NCBI GenBank assembly: GCA_963765675.1
Contig: CAVXXK010000001.1
Span: forward strand, 1,152,001-1,216,000
Reading direction: 5' to 3'
DNA length: 64,000 bases
DNA from: an uncultured delta proteobacterium
GTDB taxonomy: Bacteria; Desulfobacterota; Binatia; Binatales; Binataceae
The first letter of the stretch is position 1. Each line of letters begins with the position of its first letter. The notes below the pieces were generated by a model. That model saw only the letters and a program-made list of their open reading frames with translations, was not told the origin of the DNA and ran no database searches. Both the position numbers and the translations under genes were made by a program. Below, piece after piece: positions 31,623 through 42,009 of this stretch.

Positions 31623-32507
31623 GTGAAGATCGGAATCATGATCGCGGCTACCGCCGAATCCGGCGACATCGCGGAGATCGCGCGCGAGGTTGAAAATCTC
31701 GGTTACGAATCGTTCTTCATTCCGGAGCACCCGGTCATTCCGATCGACTTCAAGACGCCGCTGCCCGGCGGCGGAGGCGGCACGCTCCCAGAGCATTACG
31801 GGCGATGGCTCGATCCGTTCGTCGCACTCGGCGTTGCGGCCGCCGTCACGAAGCGCGTCAAGCTCGGCACCGGAATTTGCCTGCTCCCGGAGCGCGAACC
31901 GATAGTCACTGCGAAGACGATCGCCACGCTCGATGTGATCTCCGGCGGACGCGTCATCCTGGGTGTCGGTGCGGGATGGCTTCGCGAGGAGACGGAGGCG
32001 CTCGGCACCAACTTCGTCACGCGATGGAAACGATTGCGCGAGACGGTCGAAGCGATGCGCGCGCTGTGGACGCAGGCGGCGCCAAGCTATAAGGGCGAGC
32101 TGGTCAGGTTTCCGGCGGTACGATGCGATCCGAAACCGATTCAGAAATCGGGACCGCCGATTCTGCTCGGCGCGCGAGGGGCCAAAGCGATGGAGCGCGT
32201 GGTGCGCACCTACGACGGATGGGCGCCGATTGCCGGACGGCCTGCGGGACTCAAGCGCGACATCGATGCGCTCAAGAAGGTCGCCGCTGAGCGCGGGCGC
32301 AATCCCGAAAGCATGCAGTTAAGCGCATTCGTCGGACCGGGCGAAGATGGGTTTTCATCGGATGATCTGAAGGCCTACCGCGACACCGGCGTCCATCGGC
32401 TGGTGCTTTTCTCGCAGGGCGATGCGATCAAGATGGCGGCCGGCAAGACGCTCGAGATTGTGCACCGCCTCGCTGCGACGGTCGAGCGCGCCGCGAAATT
32501 GAATTAG
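31623..32507 (+). CDS. LLM-class (probably F420-dependent) oxidoreductase
   Basis: FIPEHPVIP, DPFVALG.AAAVT..VKLGTG, GRVILGVGAGWLREE, PKPIQ..PPILLG. Confidence 0.92.
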   Translation: MKIGIMIAATAESGDIAEIAREVENLGYESFFIPEHPVIPIDFKTPLPGGGGGTLPEHYGRWLDPFVALGVAAAVTKRVKLGTGICLLPEREPIVTAKTIATLDVISGGRVILGVGAGWLREETEALGTNFVTRWKRLRETVEAMRALWTQAAPSYKGELVRFPAVRCDPKPIQKSGPPILLGARGAKAMERVVRTYDGWAPIAGRPAGLKRDIDALKKVAAERGRNPESMQLSAFVGPGEDGFSSDDLKAYRDTGVHRLVLFSQGDAIKMAAGKTLEIVHRLAATVERAAKLN

Positions 32508-32786
32508 CGAGGCTCAAACTGTAGCCGTCGCCATCTCCGGACTCGTCCACCCGTCCTTTTCGAACAACTTCACGAATTTCGCCCATTCTCCGACGGCCTT
32601 CCGGAACTAATAGCAGCCGGGGACGTGGCTGCTCTTCACGATTGAACATGAAGTGCGAAGCATGCGGCATCCGACGTATCTGCGTCCGCTGGTGGATCGA
32701 AACCCCTCGCAGAGCATCATCCAATACGCAGCCTGGGAAAATGCGCGCAATTGGGCGATGAGATCCAGCTGGGCGTCTGGAATGAA

Positions 32787-33140
32787 TCAGTCCGCGAGTG
32801 GAATGAAAAGCGAGAGCCGCTCTTCGGCGCCGATCCCGCGCGAAGTGTGCCCCTTGCCGGTGACATCTTCCGCAAGCAGGACGGTTCCGGGTCCGAAGCG
32901 GCGCGTCTCGCCATCGCTCGCGACGATCTCGACCGTGCCGGTCACGTTCACGACGAACTGGCGGCGCGGCGCGTTGTGCCAATCGATAAAATATTCCCCC
33001 GATTGCCGGAACATCACACCTTTCGCCGCGATCATGTCGGAGATGGTACCAGAGTTGGAAGGCGCCCGCTTCATGGCAACTTCGACGTCCTGGAAGTGAG
33101 ACTCTCCGTCACTGTCCGAGTAAATTCGTGTGTATTTCAT
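32787..33140 (-). CDS. Cupin-domain protein
   Basis: YTRIYSDSDGESHF, WHNAPRRQFVV, LLAEDVTGKGHTS. Confidence 0.88.
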   Translation of the reverse strand: MKYTRIYSDSDGESHFQDVEVAMKRAPSNSGTISDMIAAKGVMFRQSGEYFIDWHNAPRRQFVVNVTGTVEIVASDGETRRFGPGTVLLAEDVTGKGHTSRGIGAEERLSLFIPLAD

Positions 33141-33204
33141 GAGGTTCCCTTTTCGGATTTATAGCGCCGAGATCAAATCTGCCGATGAACGCCGTTTCGG
33201 TCGC

Positions 33205-34101
33205 TTAATCGCCGCGACTGGTTTGCGAGCCAATTAGTGTGCCGCCCTGCAGGCTTTGCGAATCGCGTAACATCCATTTTCCGCGTTCTACCGCGCCAAA
33301 AAATTTCTGAACTGCGCTATTGAAAGCGTCTGGTTCCTCAAGGTTTACCGCGTGACCTGTTTGCGGCACGATCCAGAGCCCCGCGCTCGGAATCGTTCGC
33401 TTCAGGAAGAGATTAGTGTCGAGGCACGGCTCGTCCTCGTCGCCAACTGCGAGCAGAATCGGCACGGTCATCGCGGCGAGCTGCTCTGAAAAGTCGTAAA
33501 GCGACGGGCGGAGCGCCTGGTAGTTGCGCAATGTGAGCGCCGAACCGATCGAGGAATGCTCGCTCAGATGCCGCATGAACTCTTCCCATCCCCGCGGATC
33601 CTTGTTGCGCAGTTGTATTCGTGTAGGTCCGAGACCCAGATCTCGAGCGGTGCGCGCGGAGCCATCTTTGAGAAAGCGCTCGGCGGTCGCATTGCATTGC
33701 CGTTTGAAAGTCTCGCGATGGGAATTCGGCGCGCCCGAACCGCATCCAGCGACAACCAGTGCGCTCGCCATCTGTGGATATCGCATCCCGAAATGCAGTG
33801 CGGCGAAAGAGCCCATGCTGAGGCCGATTAGGTGCGCCTTTTCGATCTTGAGATGCCGCAATACCGCCGCGATGTCGTCAGTCGCGTGATCCTGTCCGTA
33901 AAGCGAGTCATCTTCAGGAACATCCGACGGCGGATAGCCGCGGGCGTTGAAGGCGATGCATCGATACTCGCGCGAAAACCATCGTATCTGCGTTTCCCAT
34001 TCGCGCAGATCCGAGCCGAACTCGTGCGCGAAAATGATTGGATGGCCCGTACCTGTCTCCTCGTAGTACAGCTTTGCTCCCGACGATTGTGCGTATGGCA
34101 T
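33205..34101 (-). CDS. Alpha/beta hydrolase
   Basis: FAHEFG, ARGYPPSD, GLSMG, GDEDE, GHAVNLEEP. Confidence 0.92.
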   Translation of the reverse strand: MPYAQSSGAKLYYEETGTGHPIIFAHEFGSDLREWETQIRWFSREYRCIAFNARGYPPSDVPEDDSLYGQDHATDDIAAVLRHLKIEKAHLIGLSMGSFAALHFGMRYPQMASALVVAGCGSGAPNSHRETFKRQCNATAERFLKDGSARTARDLGLGPTRIQLRNKDPRGWEEFMRHLSEHSSIGSALTLRNYQALRPSLYDFSEQLAAMTVPILLAVGDEDEPCLDTNLFLKRTIPSAGLWIVPQTGHAVNLEEPDAFNSAVQKFFGAVERGKWMLRDSQSLQGGTLIGSQTSRGD

Positions 34102-34266
34102 GAGATGATCTCCCGCAAAGAGAGAATTCCGGACTGAATGACTTTACATCCCGGGCCGACGATGTCCCCAGATGCTGGGCGTCGCCATGAGGACAGGCTA
34201 TCGCCGGGCGATCGAAACCAACAATGAATTCGCTTCGGATCAAGTCTTGAAGAAGCGCGATGTTGT

Positions 34267-35061
34267 CTACCTTCCCTTGAAGACTGGTTGGCGTTTCTCG
34301 AAGAAGGCCTTGCGGGCTTCCTTTGCGTCCTCGCTGCTGAAGGCGATGCGAATATTGGATAACTCATAGCGGAGTTGCTGTTCCATGTCGCTCGTCTCGA
34401 GAGATTTCACCATGCCCCGCTTGAGTAGTCGAAGCGTGATGGGCGACCAGTGGCAAAGTTCCGCGCAGTAGCGCGCCAAACGGTCGACGAATTGCGCGTC
34501 GTCAACGACTTCTCCGGCCATCCCGAGCGCGACCGCCTCTTCGCCCAGCACTGTCCGGTTCTCCATCATGAAACGCATCGCCTGCTCGTAGCCCATGGCT
34601 TGCGGCAGCGTGATCGTAAGGCCAGCGTCAGGTGAACCGCCAATTCTCGTATAGCCAGCCATGAGCTTCGCGCCGCGGCTGACCAGCCGTACGTCGGTCG
34701 CCATGGCGAGACCGAGTCCGGCCCCCACGGCTACTCCGTTGATGCCCCCGACGACAGGTTTGTCGCACCGTTTGCGGATCGTCAGGAGGAAATGTCCAAC
34801 CCAGGAAATGTCATCGAGCTGAGCCGACTGTGCCGACAGCGGCGAAAAGCGATCGCCACCGGACAAATCCAAGCCGGCGCAAAACGAGTCGCCGCTACCG
34901 GTAATCGCGATCACCCAGACGTCATCGGTCCGCGCGGCATCCTCAACCGCAGCGATCACGCCCCATGCGAGGGCATTGCTCAGCGCATTCTTTTTTTCCG
35001 GTCGATTAAGCGTGATGGTCCTGACATGGCCCGCATCGGCGATTTTTACGATGTCTGTCAT
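34267..35061 (-). CDS. Enoyl-CoA hydratase/isomerase family protein
   Basis: ITLNRPEKKNAL, FCAGLDL, INGVAVGAGLGLA, AFFEKRQPVFKGR. Confidence 0.93.
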   Translation of the reverse strand: MTDIVKIADAGHVRTITLNRPEKKNALSNALAWGVIAAVEDAARTDDVWVIAITGSGDSFCAGLDLSGGDRFSPLSAQSAQLDDISWVGHFLLTIRKRCDKPVVGGINGVAVGAGLGLAMATDVRLVSRGAKLMAGYTRIGGSPDAGLTITLPQAMGYEQAMRFMMENRTVLGEEAVALGMAGEVVDDAQFVDRLARYCAELCHWSPITLRLLKRGMVKSLETSDMEQQLRYELSNIRIAFSSEDAKEARKAFFEKRQPVFKGR

Positions 35062-35133
35062 TTTGTTTACCTTCTGGGATTAAGGGTTTCGATCGCGGGC
35101 TACCATTCGTCATGCGTTAGCTTCGCGAGCTAC

Positions 35134-36471
35134 TTAGAAATAGATCGGATCGACGTACAACCCATGCTCCCGAGCGCCGGGCGGTTCGGCGATTCCGGGC
35201 GACCACATGTTGAACGGCTCGACTTCACGCGCGATCGAGCGAAGGATCTCCACTCCAGGCGATGAAGGCGAGGTGAAGATCGACAGCGTGTCCATGCCGC
35301 GTTGGTGAAGCCATCCACACCAGGCGCGCAGGAGGGCCTCGAACTCGCGTTCCGCTCCGGGTCTGAAGGCATAATCAAGTGCCAATCCGCGCAGAGATTC
35401 TGTTCGTACGCCATTTGTTTCTGACACGACCCGTAGCGATTCGCCAGCCGGCCAGACACCGACCATCGCGCCGTCAATCATCCATACTCTGTCCCATGAG
35501 TATAGTGCGGGGGCGCGTTCCAACCGCGCGCTCAGAGACTCGACGGTGTACGGCACGTACATCTCCTCGCGTCCGTGAAACGAGTTCAGCAACTTGACGA
35601 TCGCCGGCGCATCGGCAGGCGTTGCTATGCGTCCGGCCGCAGGGCCGGCGAGCATGGCGCATCCCAACTGAACTCGAAGTGCGAGGATGCTCCACTTGTT
35701 CGGCGTGTTGATAAAGCCGTGCTGCATGCCGGCGTTGTCGACTGAGATATAGGCGTTGGAGCCATCGACGGTGCTCCAGTATCTGTCAAGGATTCGATTC
35801 GCCGCGCCCCAGAGGCCTTTGCGCTGATGTTCGGGCAGGACGCGCAGATGCACGACCGTCACGATCGGGCGAATAACGCCGCCGATTCGCACTTGATGCC
35901 TGGTGCCGCAGCTAACCGCGGCGGGAATTCCATCGACCGAGGCGATTCCTATGGTGCAGTCCTCCATTAACCGGGCGAAGGCAAAATAATCCTGTCCCCG
36001 ATCGAAATGGACGCGGGTATCGCCAAGCACGATAGGGCATCGGCGCTCGATGTCCGCGAGGATCGGCGCGTCGGCCTCGGTTGCTTCGCGAACTTCCAGC
36101 TTGAACTCGAACTGCCGCTGCCAGTTGAGGAGCGAGATCCGATAGGGCGGGTTAGCTTCTACTTCGATCGATAGCCGCCACTTGCGGTTCTTGGCCGCGG
36201 TGATCAGCGCTTCGATCTTGAATTCGGATCGCGGCTCGACCGACAACTCCGATATTTTGCCGAGGCGGCCGGCGAAACCGCGCCAGCCCTCGCGTTCCCG
36301 ATCGTCGCTTTCGAAGGGACCCATACGTGGCGCGAACTCGGGGGTGTAGCGCTCTCGATCGGTCGCCGAAGCTCCCTCGCCCGCCGACAAAAGCATCCCG
36401 AGGTACCACTTCGCCTGGCGGCCAGCCTGAGAATCCGGAATATCGTTAAACAGCGCGGACGAGTTATCCAT
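35134..36471 (-). CDS. GNAT-fold protein with extra N-terminal domain
   Basis: VREATEADA, HLRVLPEHQRKGLW acetyl-CoA motif; start uncertain (ATG 36471 or TTG 36528). Confidence 0.7.
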   Translation of the reverse strand: MDNSSALFNDIPDSQAGRQAKWYLGMLLSAGEGASATDRERYTPEFAPRMGPFESDDREREGWRGFAGRLGKISELSVEPRSEFKIEALITAAKNRKWRLSIEVEANPPYRISLLNWQRQFEFKLEVREATEADAPILADIERRCPIVLGDTRVHFDRGQDYFAFARLMEDCTIGIASVDGIPAAVSCGTRHQVRIGGVIRPIVTVVHLRVLPEHQRKGLWGAANRILDRYWSTVDGSNAYISVDNAGMQHGFINTPNKWSILALRVQLGCAMLAGPAAGRIATPADAPAIVKLLNSFHGREEMYVPYTVESLSARLERAPALYSWDRVWMIDGAMVGVWPAGESLRVVSETNGVRTESLRGLALDYAFRPGAEREFEALLRAWCGWLHQRGMDTLSIFTSPSSPGVEILRSIAREVEPFNMWSPGIAEPPGAREHGLYVDPIYF

Positions 36472-36673
36472 TTCGGTCACCCCGCTCTCATTCGATTCCC
36501 AACTGCCACGGGAAAAAGGACCACTCAAGGGAAAGATCTTCTATTACCTTGGAGATCGGTTTGAATCCAGCGTGCCCAGCCGGCGTGTCGTAGGAGAGCA
36601 AAATCAGAAAGCCGGAGGCGCATTCCCCCGCTACCAGAATCGCTTTGCGAGCAGCCTCGTCTTCTTCCGATTA

Positions 36674-38263
36674 TCAGTTGTTTGACGGCGACTGGATCTT
36701 TTGCAGCACCTGATCGAGATTGAAGCTGCCGGGCTTGGAGCGTGGCGGAAATTCCTTGAAGCTTTCAAGGAACTGGCCGACGATAACCTGCGCGGGCACA
36801 AATGCCCACGCATTATCGACGCGCCAACGAGGATAGTCTTCGGATTCTTCGGCTCGCTCGAAAGGATCCATCCGCAGATTCAACAACATCGGCAGGCGGA
36901 GGGCGACATATGGTTCCTGCCAGACTTCCAACCCATGCGCGCGCTGTATCGAAAACAACATCTTCCAGTCGCCATATCGCAGCGCGGAGAGTGATCCGTC
37001 GTCGGTGAAGTAGAAGAACTCCTTGCGTCCGCTGGGGCCTTTTCCCTCCAACATCGGCAACTGATTATATCCATCGAGGTGTACCTTGTAGGTTTTTCCT
37101 CCGACCGAATAGCCGGTCAGCAGTTTCTCCTTAATGTCGGGTTGAGTGCAGGCAGCCATCAGTGTCGGAACCCAGTCCAGCAGCGAAATGATGTCGTTTG
37201 AGGTGGTGCCTGGCTTGATGTGTCCAGGCCACTTCACCATCATCGGGACCCGAAAGCCGCCTTCCCAAGTGGTGTTCTTCTCTCCGTGGAACGGCGTCAT
37301 CCCGCCGTCAGGCCAGAACAGGAGCTCGGCCCCATTATCAGTGGTATAGATGACGACGGTATTGTCCGAGATTCCCAGCTTGTGGAGTTCGGCAAGCAGT
37401 TGGCCTACCTGGCCATCATGCTCGACCATTCCGTCGGCGTAAACGCCGAGACCAGTCTTACCCTTCGACTCAGGCTTGAGGTGGGTCCAGATGTGCATGC
37501 GTGTGGTGTTGATCCAAACGAAGAACGGATTGCCAGCTTTGTTGGCGCGTTCCATGAAGTCGATGCCGCTTTTGAGAAACTCGTCGTCGGCGGTCTCCAT
37601 TCTTTTGCGGGTGAGCGGACCGGTGTCCTGGCATTTTTGCTTGCCCATCACGCCGAAGCGCGGATCGACAGTGGAATCAAACGAGTTCGTGGCGTAGCAA
37701 TGCAGCACTCCGCGCGGCCCGAATCGTTGCATGAATTTCGGATCTTTCGGGTATTGCTCCTGTTCAGGCTCTTCTTCGGCATTGAGGTGATATAGATTGC
37801 CGAAAAACTCGTCGAAGCCGTGGACGGTTGGAAGAAACTCATTGCGATCGCCGAGGTGGTTTTTTCCAAACTGACCAGTGGCGTAGCCGAGCGGCTTGAG
37901 CAATTCAGCAAGCGTCGGGTCCTTGTCGCTCAAACCCTCTTTCGCTCCCGGCAGCCCGACCTTGAGTAGCCCTGTCCGAAATGGACTCTGACCCGTGATA
38001 AACGCCGACCGTCCGGCTGTGCAACTATTCTCCGCGTATGCATCGGTAAATTTCATGCCATCGTTGGCTATACTGTCGATGTTGGGTGTCTTATATCCCA
38101 TCATCCCCTGGTTATAGGTACTGATGTTCCAATAGCCAATATCGTCACCCATGATGACGAGTATGTTAGGCCTCGCAACGTTCGATTGCGCCAGCGCCGT
38201 GCCATGGTTCAGCAGAAGTACCGCCATGAGAATCGGCAAGGCCGCTCTCGTTATTCGAAACAT
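36674..38263 (-). CDS. Secreted Cys-type (FGly) arylsulfatase
   Basis: PNILVIMGDDIG, SCTAGRSAFITG, GKNHLG, TTDNG, GEKNTTWEGGFRVP; signal peptide after ATG 38263. Confidence 0.95.
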   Translation of the reverse strand: MFRITRAALPILMAVLLLNHGTALAQSNVARPNILVIMGDDIGYWNISTYNQGMMGYKTPNIDSIANDGMKFTDAYAENSCTAGRSAFITGQSPFRTGLLKVGLPGAKEGLSDKDPTLAELLKPLGYATGQFGKNHLGDRNEFLPTVHGFDEFFGNLYHLNAEEEPEQEQYPKDPKFMQRFGPRGVLHCYATNSFDSTVDPRFGVMGKQKCQDTGPLTRKRMETADDEFLKSGIDFMERANKAGNPFFVWINTTRMHIWTHLKPESKGKTGLGVYADGMVEHDGQVGQLLAELHKLGISDNTVVIYTTDNGAELLFWPDGGMTPFHGEKNTTWEGGFRVPMMVKWPGHIKPGTTSNDIISLLDWVPTLMAACTQPDIKEKLLTGYSVGGKTYKVHLDGYNQLPMLEGKGPSGRKEFFYFTDDGSLSALRYGDWKMLFSIQRAHGLEVWQEPYVALRLPMLLNLRMDPFERAEESEDYPRWRVDNAWAFVPAQVIVGQFLESFKEFPPRSKPGSFNLDQVLQKIQSPSNN

Positions 38264-38347
38264 ATGTTCACCTCTGCGTGGCTTATCGCCCGAGCGCCGC
38301 ATATTGTGTCCACCGAATCGAGTTCGCCATAGCGATCGCACTTCAGA

Positions 38348-39685
38348 CTAGAATTTCCAGATTAGATTGAGAGCGACGAAGTTAAGATAATTCGTTGAGT
38401 AGTGCCCTTGCAGTGTTCCAGCGAGCGGTCCGCGGCTAGCACTGAAAGGGCCGGGGCCTGCGTCCATAAACTCCCAGGCGGCACCGGCGGTTACGTCATC
38501 GTTGATGTCATACTGGATGCCTGTGCCGTATCGCAGTTGACGATCTAAAGGTAGGACGGGAACGCGATTGGTCTTTGAGACAGGCGAGCTGTCATACGCA
38601 AATCCTGCCGACCACAGCCATTTTTCAGCGATCCTGAACTGTTGCCCGATCGCAATCTGGCATGTGTCCGAGAAATGCAGGTTAGCGGTGACGGTCCGTT
38701 GCCTGGCGGTAGAGATTCCGACTGGAAACTCCCCAAACGCAGACCAATTCTGCCATCCTACATTGCCCATTAAACTGAACCTGGGGGTGACGTCGTAGAC
38801 GGCGCTCGCCATTGCCTGCTGCGGCACCTCCATCGGAATGTTGATCTTTGCTCCGCCGATTTTCTTGCGAATGAACGTAAGCGCAGGCCCGAGATTTGTG
38901 AGGTGCGGCCGAAAACCGAACTTGTAATAGACCGGTGATTGATAGGTGAGTCCAATGCGGAGTTTGGCGATCGGCCTGAGCAGTACGCCGACGTTACCGC
39001 CGAATGCTTCATCCCATGATTCGAACGCCAGGCCGCCATCCTGTGCACGCGGAAGAATGTTATTAATCTTCGACTGAAACTTCAGCCGTGCGATCGACAA
39101 GCTGACACCTGCTCCTACGGAGAGCCAGTCGTTCACCTTGTAGGCTATCGACGGGTTGACAGTGCCAGAAACGATTGACTCGTAAGTCACGTAATAGCGT
39201 CCGACCCAGGTCTTGCCGTAGTTGCCGCTAAGGCCAAAATTTGAGTCGACCGCCACGCCGAGCCGGAACCGCTCGGAGAGTTTGTAGACATAGAAGAACG
39301 CTCCCAGCGGGGTAAACACGCCGGAATTTCCGCCGCCACCGCCCGAGGTTGTCGTTTGTGGAGCAACGTCGAAGTTAGTCGAGGGCAGTAGCGCGCCGGA
39401 CGCACCCAGCAGTTGTGAACGGTCGAGCAGAGTCATTCCGGCGGGATTGGCCGCCGCAGTCGAGGCGTCCGCCGCCATTGCAGCTCGGCCGGCGCTGGCG
39501 GTACCGAGATCAGGTGCGCCCGTTTCATACAGCGCCATACCTGCGCCTTGCGCGGACGTAACCCACGCCAGCAAAACGGCTGTTACGAGAAAGATAGTCT
39601 TATGGATCTTACGCGATGTTGCTTGCAGGTGCGTCGACGATTTAGTTTTCCCAACAACACACCGCATTAGAGATTTCATTTTCAA
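38348..39685 (-). CDS. FadL/OmpP1-family outer-membrane channel
   Basis: AGMALYE..A..LGTASAG..A...DAST..ANPAGMT hatch motif; C-terminal Phe (WKF). Confidence 0.9.
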   Translation of the reverse strand: MKMKSLMRCVVGKTKSSTHLQATSRKIHKTIFLVTAVLLAWVTSAQGAGMALYETGAPDLGTASAGRAAMAADASTAAANPAGMTLLDRSQLLGASGALLPSTNFDVAPQTTTSGGGGGNSGVFTPLGAFFYVYKLSERFRLGVAVDSNFGLSGNYGKTWVGRYYVTYESIVSGTVNPSIAYKVNDWLSVGAGVSLSIARLKFQSKINNILPRAQDGGLAFESWDEAFGGNVGVLLRPIAKLRIGLTYQSPVYYKFGFRPHLTNLGPALTFIRKKIGGAKINIPMEVPQQAMASAVYDVTPRFSLMGNVGWQNWSAFGEFPVGISTARQRTVTANLHFSDTCQIAIGQQFRIAEKWLWSAGFAYDSSPVSKTNRVPVLPLDRQLRYGTGIQYDINDDVTAGAAWEFMDAGPGPFSASRGPLAGTLQGHYSTNYLNFVALNLIWKF

Positions 39686-39743
39686 ATCGCCTCACTCTGG
39701 CCCGATCTATCGAGCGATCGTCTGGATGCGCAAATCGTTGCCA

Positions 39744-40610
39744 TCAGAGCTGCAAATCAGGGAAGAGCAGCGTCAAACCGAACCTGACGGTGTACATCGG
39801 GGTGATGTTTGTATTCTGCCTATAGGTCGTCCACTCTCCGGATACCCACGGATCGAACTTCAGGCCAGAAACCTTCCAGACGCGGCCAATGCCGAAACTT
39901 ATTGGGATCGTGGTCGAACCGCCGTGGCGCCAATTGACTGTCCACGTCGAGTCGGAAGATTTGACGTACCAGCCATGACCGAGAGTGTACGAAATCCTCG
40001 GTTGAAATTGCATTTGGCTTTGGGGCGTCGCCGAAGAGTTCGTGTACCCAATCGATATGGGATTCTGGAAAATAAAACCGATCATCAAACGCGGGATTCC
40101 GCGATATGCCGCAGCGGCCGCAGGTCCCGCTTGCCAGGCATGACTTCCCGCAGCGGAAACTCTCCCCGTCGGTAATACAAAGGTCGGCCCAACGCCCCAG
40201 CCAAATCCGGTTTTTTTCGGATCAGGCCAGTTAGAGACGAATAGATCAAAAAGCTCCATATCCTGGTACTCGGTTATCGTCGAACTGCTGGATGAGGTCG
40301 CGATCTGTGAAACTTTAAAGGTTGGGCGGATGATCTGCTGAAATGGGAACTCGGAAAATGCTTGTATCGGCACAATCGGGCGAAGCTGAATTGTGTTCGT
40401 CTGCGCGGACGTTTGAAAATTTCTGGGAGTATACAGATCCTGAAACTGGAGCTGGGCAAGAATCGCGGTCGGGTCTTCTATCTCCGTGGCGAGATGATCC
40501 TCTTCAGTCTCAGCGCCCGCCGAATTGAGTGTTATGGTATGATCACGGATACCACAGGTAAGCACAATTGTCAGAGTAAGTGCGCATGACGCGATCGTCC
40601 AAGGTTTCAT
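39744..40610 (-). CDS. Sulfatase-cluster outer-membrane beta-barrel-like protein
   Basis: Signal peptide; LA...DP.A, IQLRPIVP, WGVGPTFVLPT, WQAGPA, IPISFGIGRV. Confidence 0.7.
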   Translation of the reverse strand: MKPWTIASCALTLTIVLTCGIRDHTITLNSAGAETEEDHLATEIEDPTAILAQLQFQDLYTPRNFQTSAQTNTIQLRPIVPIQAFSEFPFQQIIRPTFKVSQIATSSSSSTITEYQDMELFDLFVSNWPDPKKTGFGWGVGPTFVLPTGRVSAAGSHAWQAGPAAAAAYRGIPRLMIGFIFQNPISIGYTNSSATPQSQMQFQPRISYTLGHGWYVKSSDSTWTVNWRHGGSTTIPISFGIGRVWKVSGLKFDPWVSGEWTTYRQNTNITPMYTVRFGLTLLFPDLQL

Positions 40611-40619
40611 CGCTTCACA

Positions 40620-41061
40620 CTAGTCTTCTAATAGAGTTCCCTTGATCAGCATCGGAATGACAGGGGTAATGGCAGACTGCAGGTTCCACTTCTGGCCGAA
40701 CGCTTCGGGATGAACCGGCATGTACTGGCCTTGAACCTGAAACTTCACAGGAAGCGGGCCAATCTTGATTATTTTGCCGACATTCAGGCCGATAGGAAAC
40801 GTGACTTCGTTGCCGCTCTTGTTGGCGTTCCAGTTGACAAGCATGTTCGGTGAAGTGCCTATCCCCCATCCATCGCCAGGGAGGTAAACGAAGAAATATT
40901 GAAGGTTCATTTGGCTGACGGTCTGCGAGCCTGGTCCTCCGACTGAAAACCACTGCTGAATAAAGACCCCTGCTAGCGATTTATCACCGAGGTAGCCAAA
41001 CACCCGGCGGGTCCAAGCTGCTATTTCTTTTGACCCAGTCTTGAGCAAATCGGTTTTTCAC
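40620..41061 (-). pseudogene. Decayed paralog of the same beta-barrel family (internal deletion, nonsense codon and frameshift)
   Basis: GGAG + GTG start MKNRFAQ jumps to LGQKK*QLGPAG (TAG at 41021-41023), then shifts frame to VFGYLGDK...FPIGLNVGK...TPVIP. Confidence 0.75.
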
Positions 41062-41124
41062 GAGTCTCCGTTTAGGTTCGCTGCTAGAGCATGCCACCTC
41101 ACTGATACGCGGCGCTGGAGGATT

Positions 41125-41886
41125 TCATTGCGACATGAGCACCTTGCCAGTAGTGCTATCTATGTTGAACAGCCAGAAAGCCGTTACATCCTCCTCGAGG
41201 ATCATCGCGACCATGCCAACGCCGGGTGCAAAAAAGTTGTAGCCTGTGTTATGAGTATGAGCCGGGCCGACTTTGCCCTCGCACTTGACACGGAACAGGG
41301 CCGACTGAAAAGTGCCAGCTGGCACCGTTACCTGGTAAGTCCCGACGTAGGTGTAGGTACCGTTGATGTATCCTGAGTATCTCTGGTCGCTCGGGTCATC
41401 CAGATAATTCACCGAGACCTGCTGCGAGTAGGCCCGCGTCTCTCCCGGTTGCATGCCCTTGGGCAGGAACGGATTCGCAGGCGTGGTGATAACCACCACG
41501 CCTTCGCCCGAGTCGGTGACGGCAGCCATTATAATGTCGCCTTCTTTCGTTTCGCGCATGAAGCTGTTGAGTGTGGGCGAAAGCTGAAACCGCCAGGCCA
41601 TCCTGCCGCCCGGGCGCCTGGTCTTCGCAAGTGCAAGTGCCTGTATGTTCCCAGCGTTGGGCCCCGCAACCACTTGGTAGTTTCGCGTCTTATCTTGGAG
41701 TGGGAAGTAAACGGAGGGGTCCGCGATAGGCTCGCTCGGCAATGCGGCGCCTACCACATTCTGACCAAGCTGAGTGATGATGTTCTGCTGATCCTCCTGT
41801 GGCAGCGGGAGCACAACGCCGTGGCCACGGGCGGATCCTGACACAAGCAATAACAAGCCAAGCGTTATGGTTACGACTGTTCGCAT
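41125..41886 (-). CDS. Hypothetical exported protein
   Basis: Signal peptide; VTVPAGTF...FAPGVGMV motif typical of DUF3108/TapB-like beta proteins. Confidence 0.7.
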   Translation of the reverse strand: MRTVVTITLGLLLLVSGSARGHGVVLPLPQEDQQNIITQLGQNVVGAALPSEPIADPSVYFPLQDKTRNYQVVAGPNAGNIQALALAKTRRPGGRMAWRFQLSPTLNSFMRETKEGDIIMAAVTDSGEGVVVITTPANPFLPKGMQPGETRAYSQQVSVNYLDDPSDQRYSGYINGTYTYVGTYQVTVPAGTFQSALFRVKCEGKVGPAHTHNTGYNFFAPGVGMVAMILEEDVTAFWLFNIDSTTGKVLMSQ

Positions 41887-42009
41887 AATTATTCCTTCCG
41901 TCGATTTTCAGGCGTCCGGCAGGCACGGTACTCTGTTGCGGCACCCCAATGGTCCTTGAACCGATCGCGGACCATCGGTTGAGGATCACAGAAATAATGT
42001 TTCTGCTAC

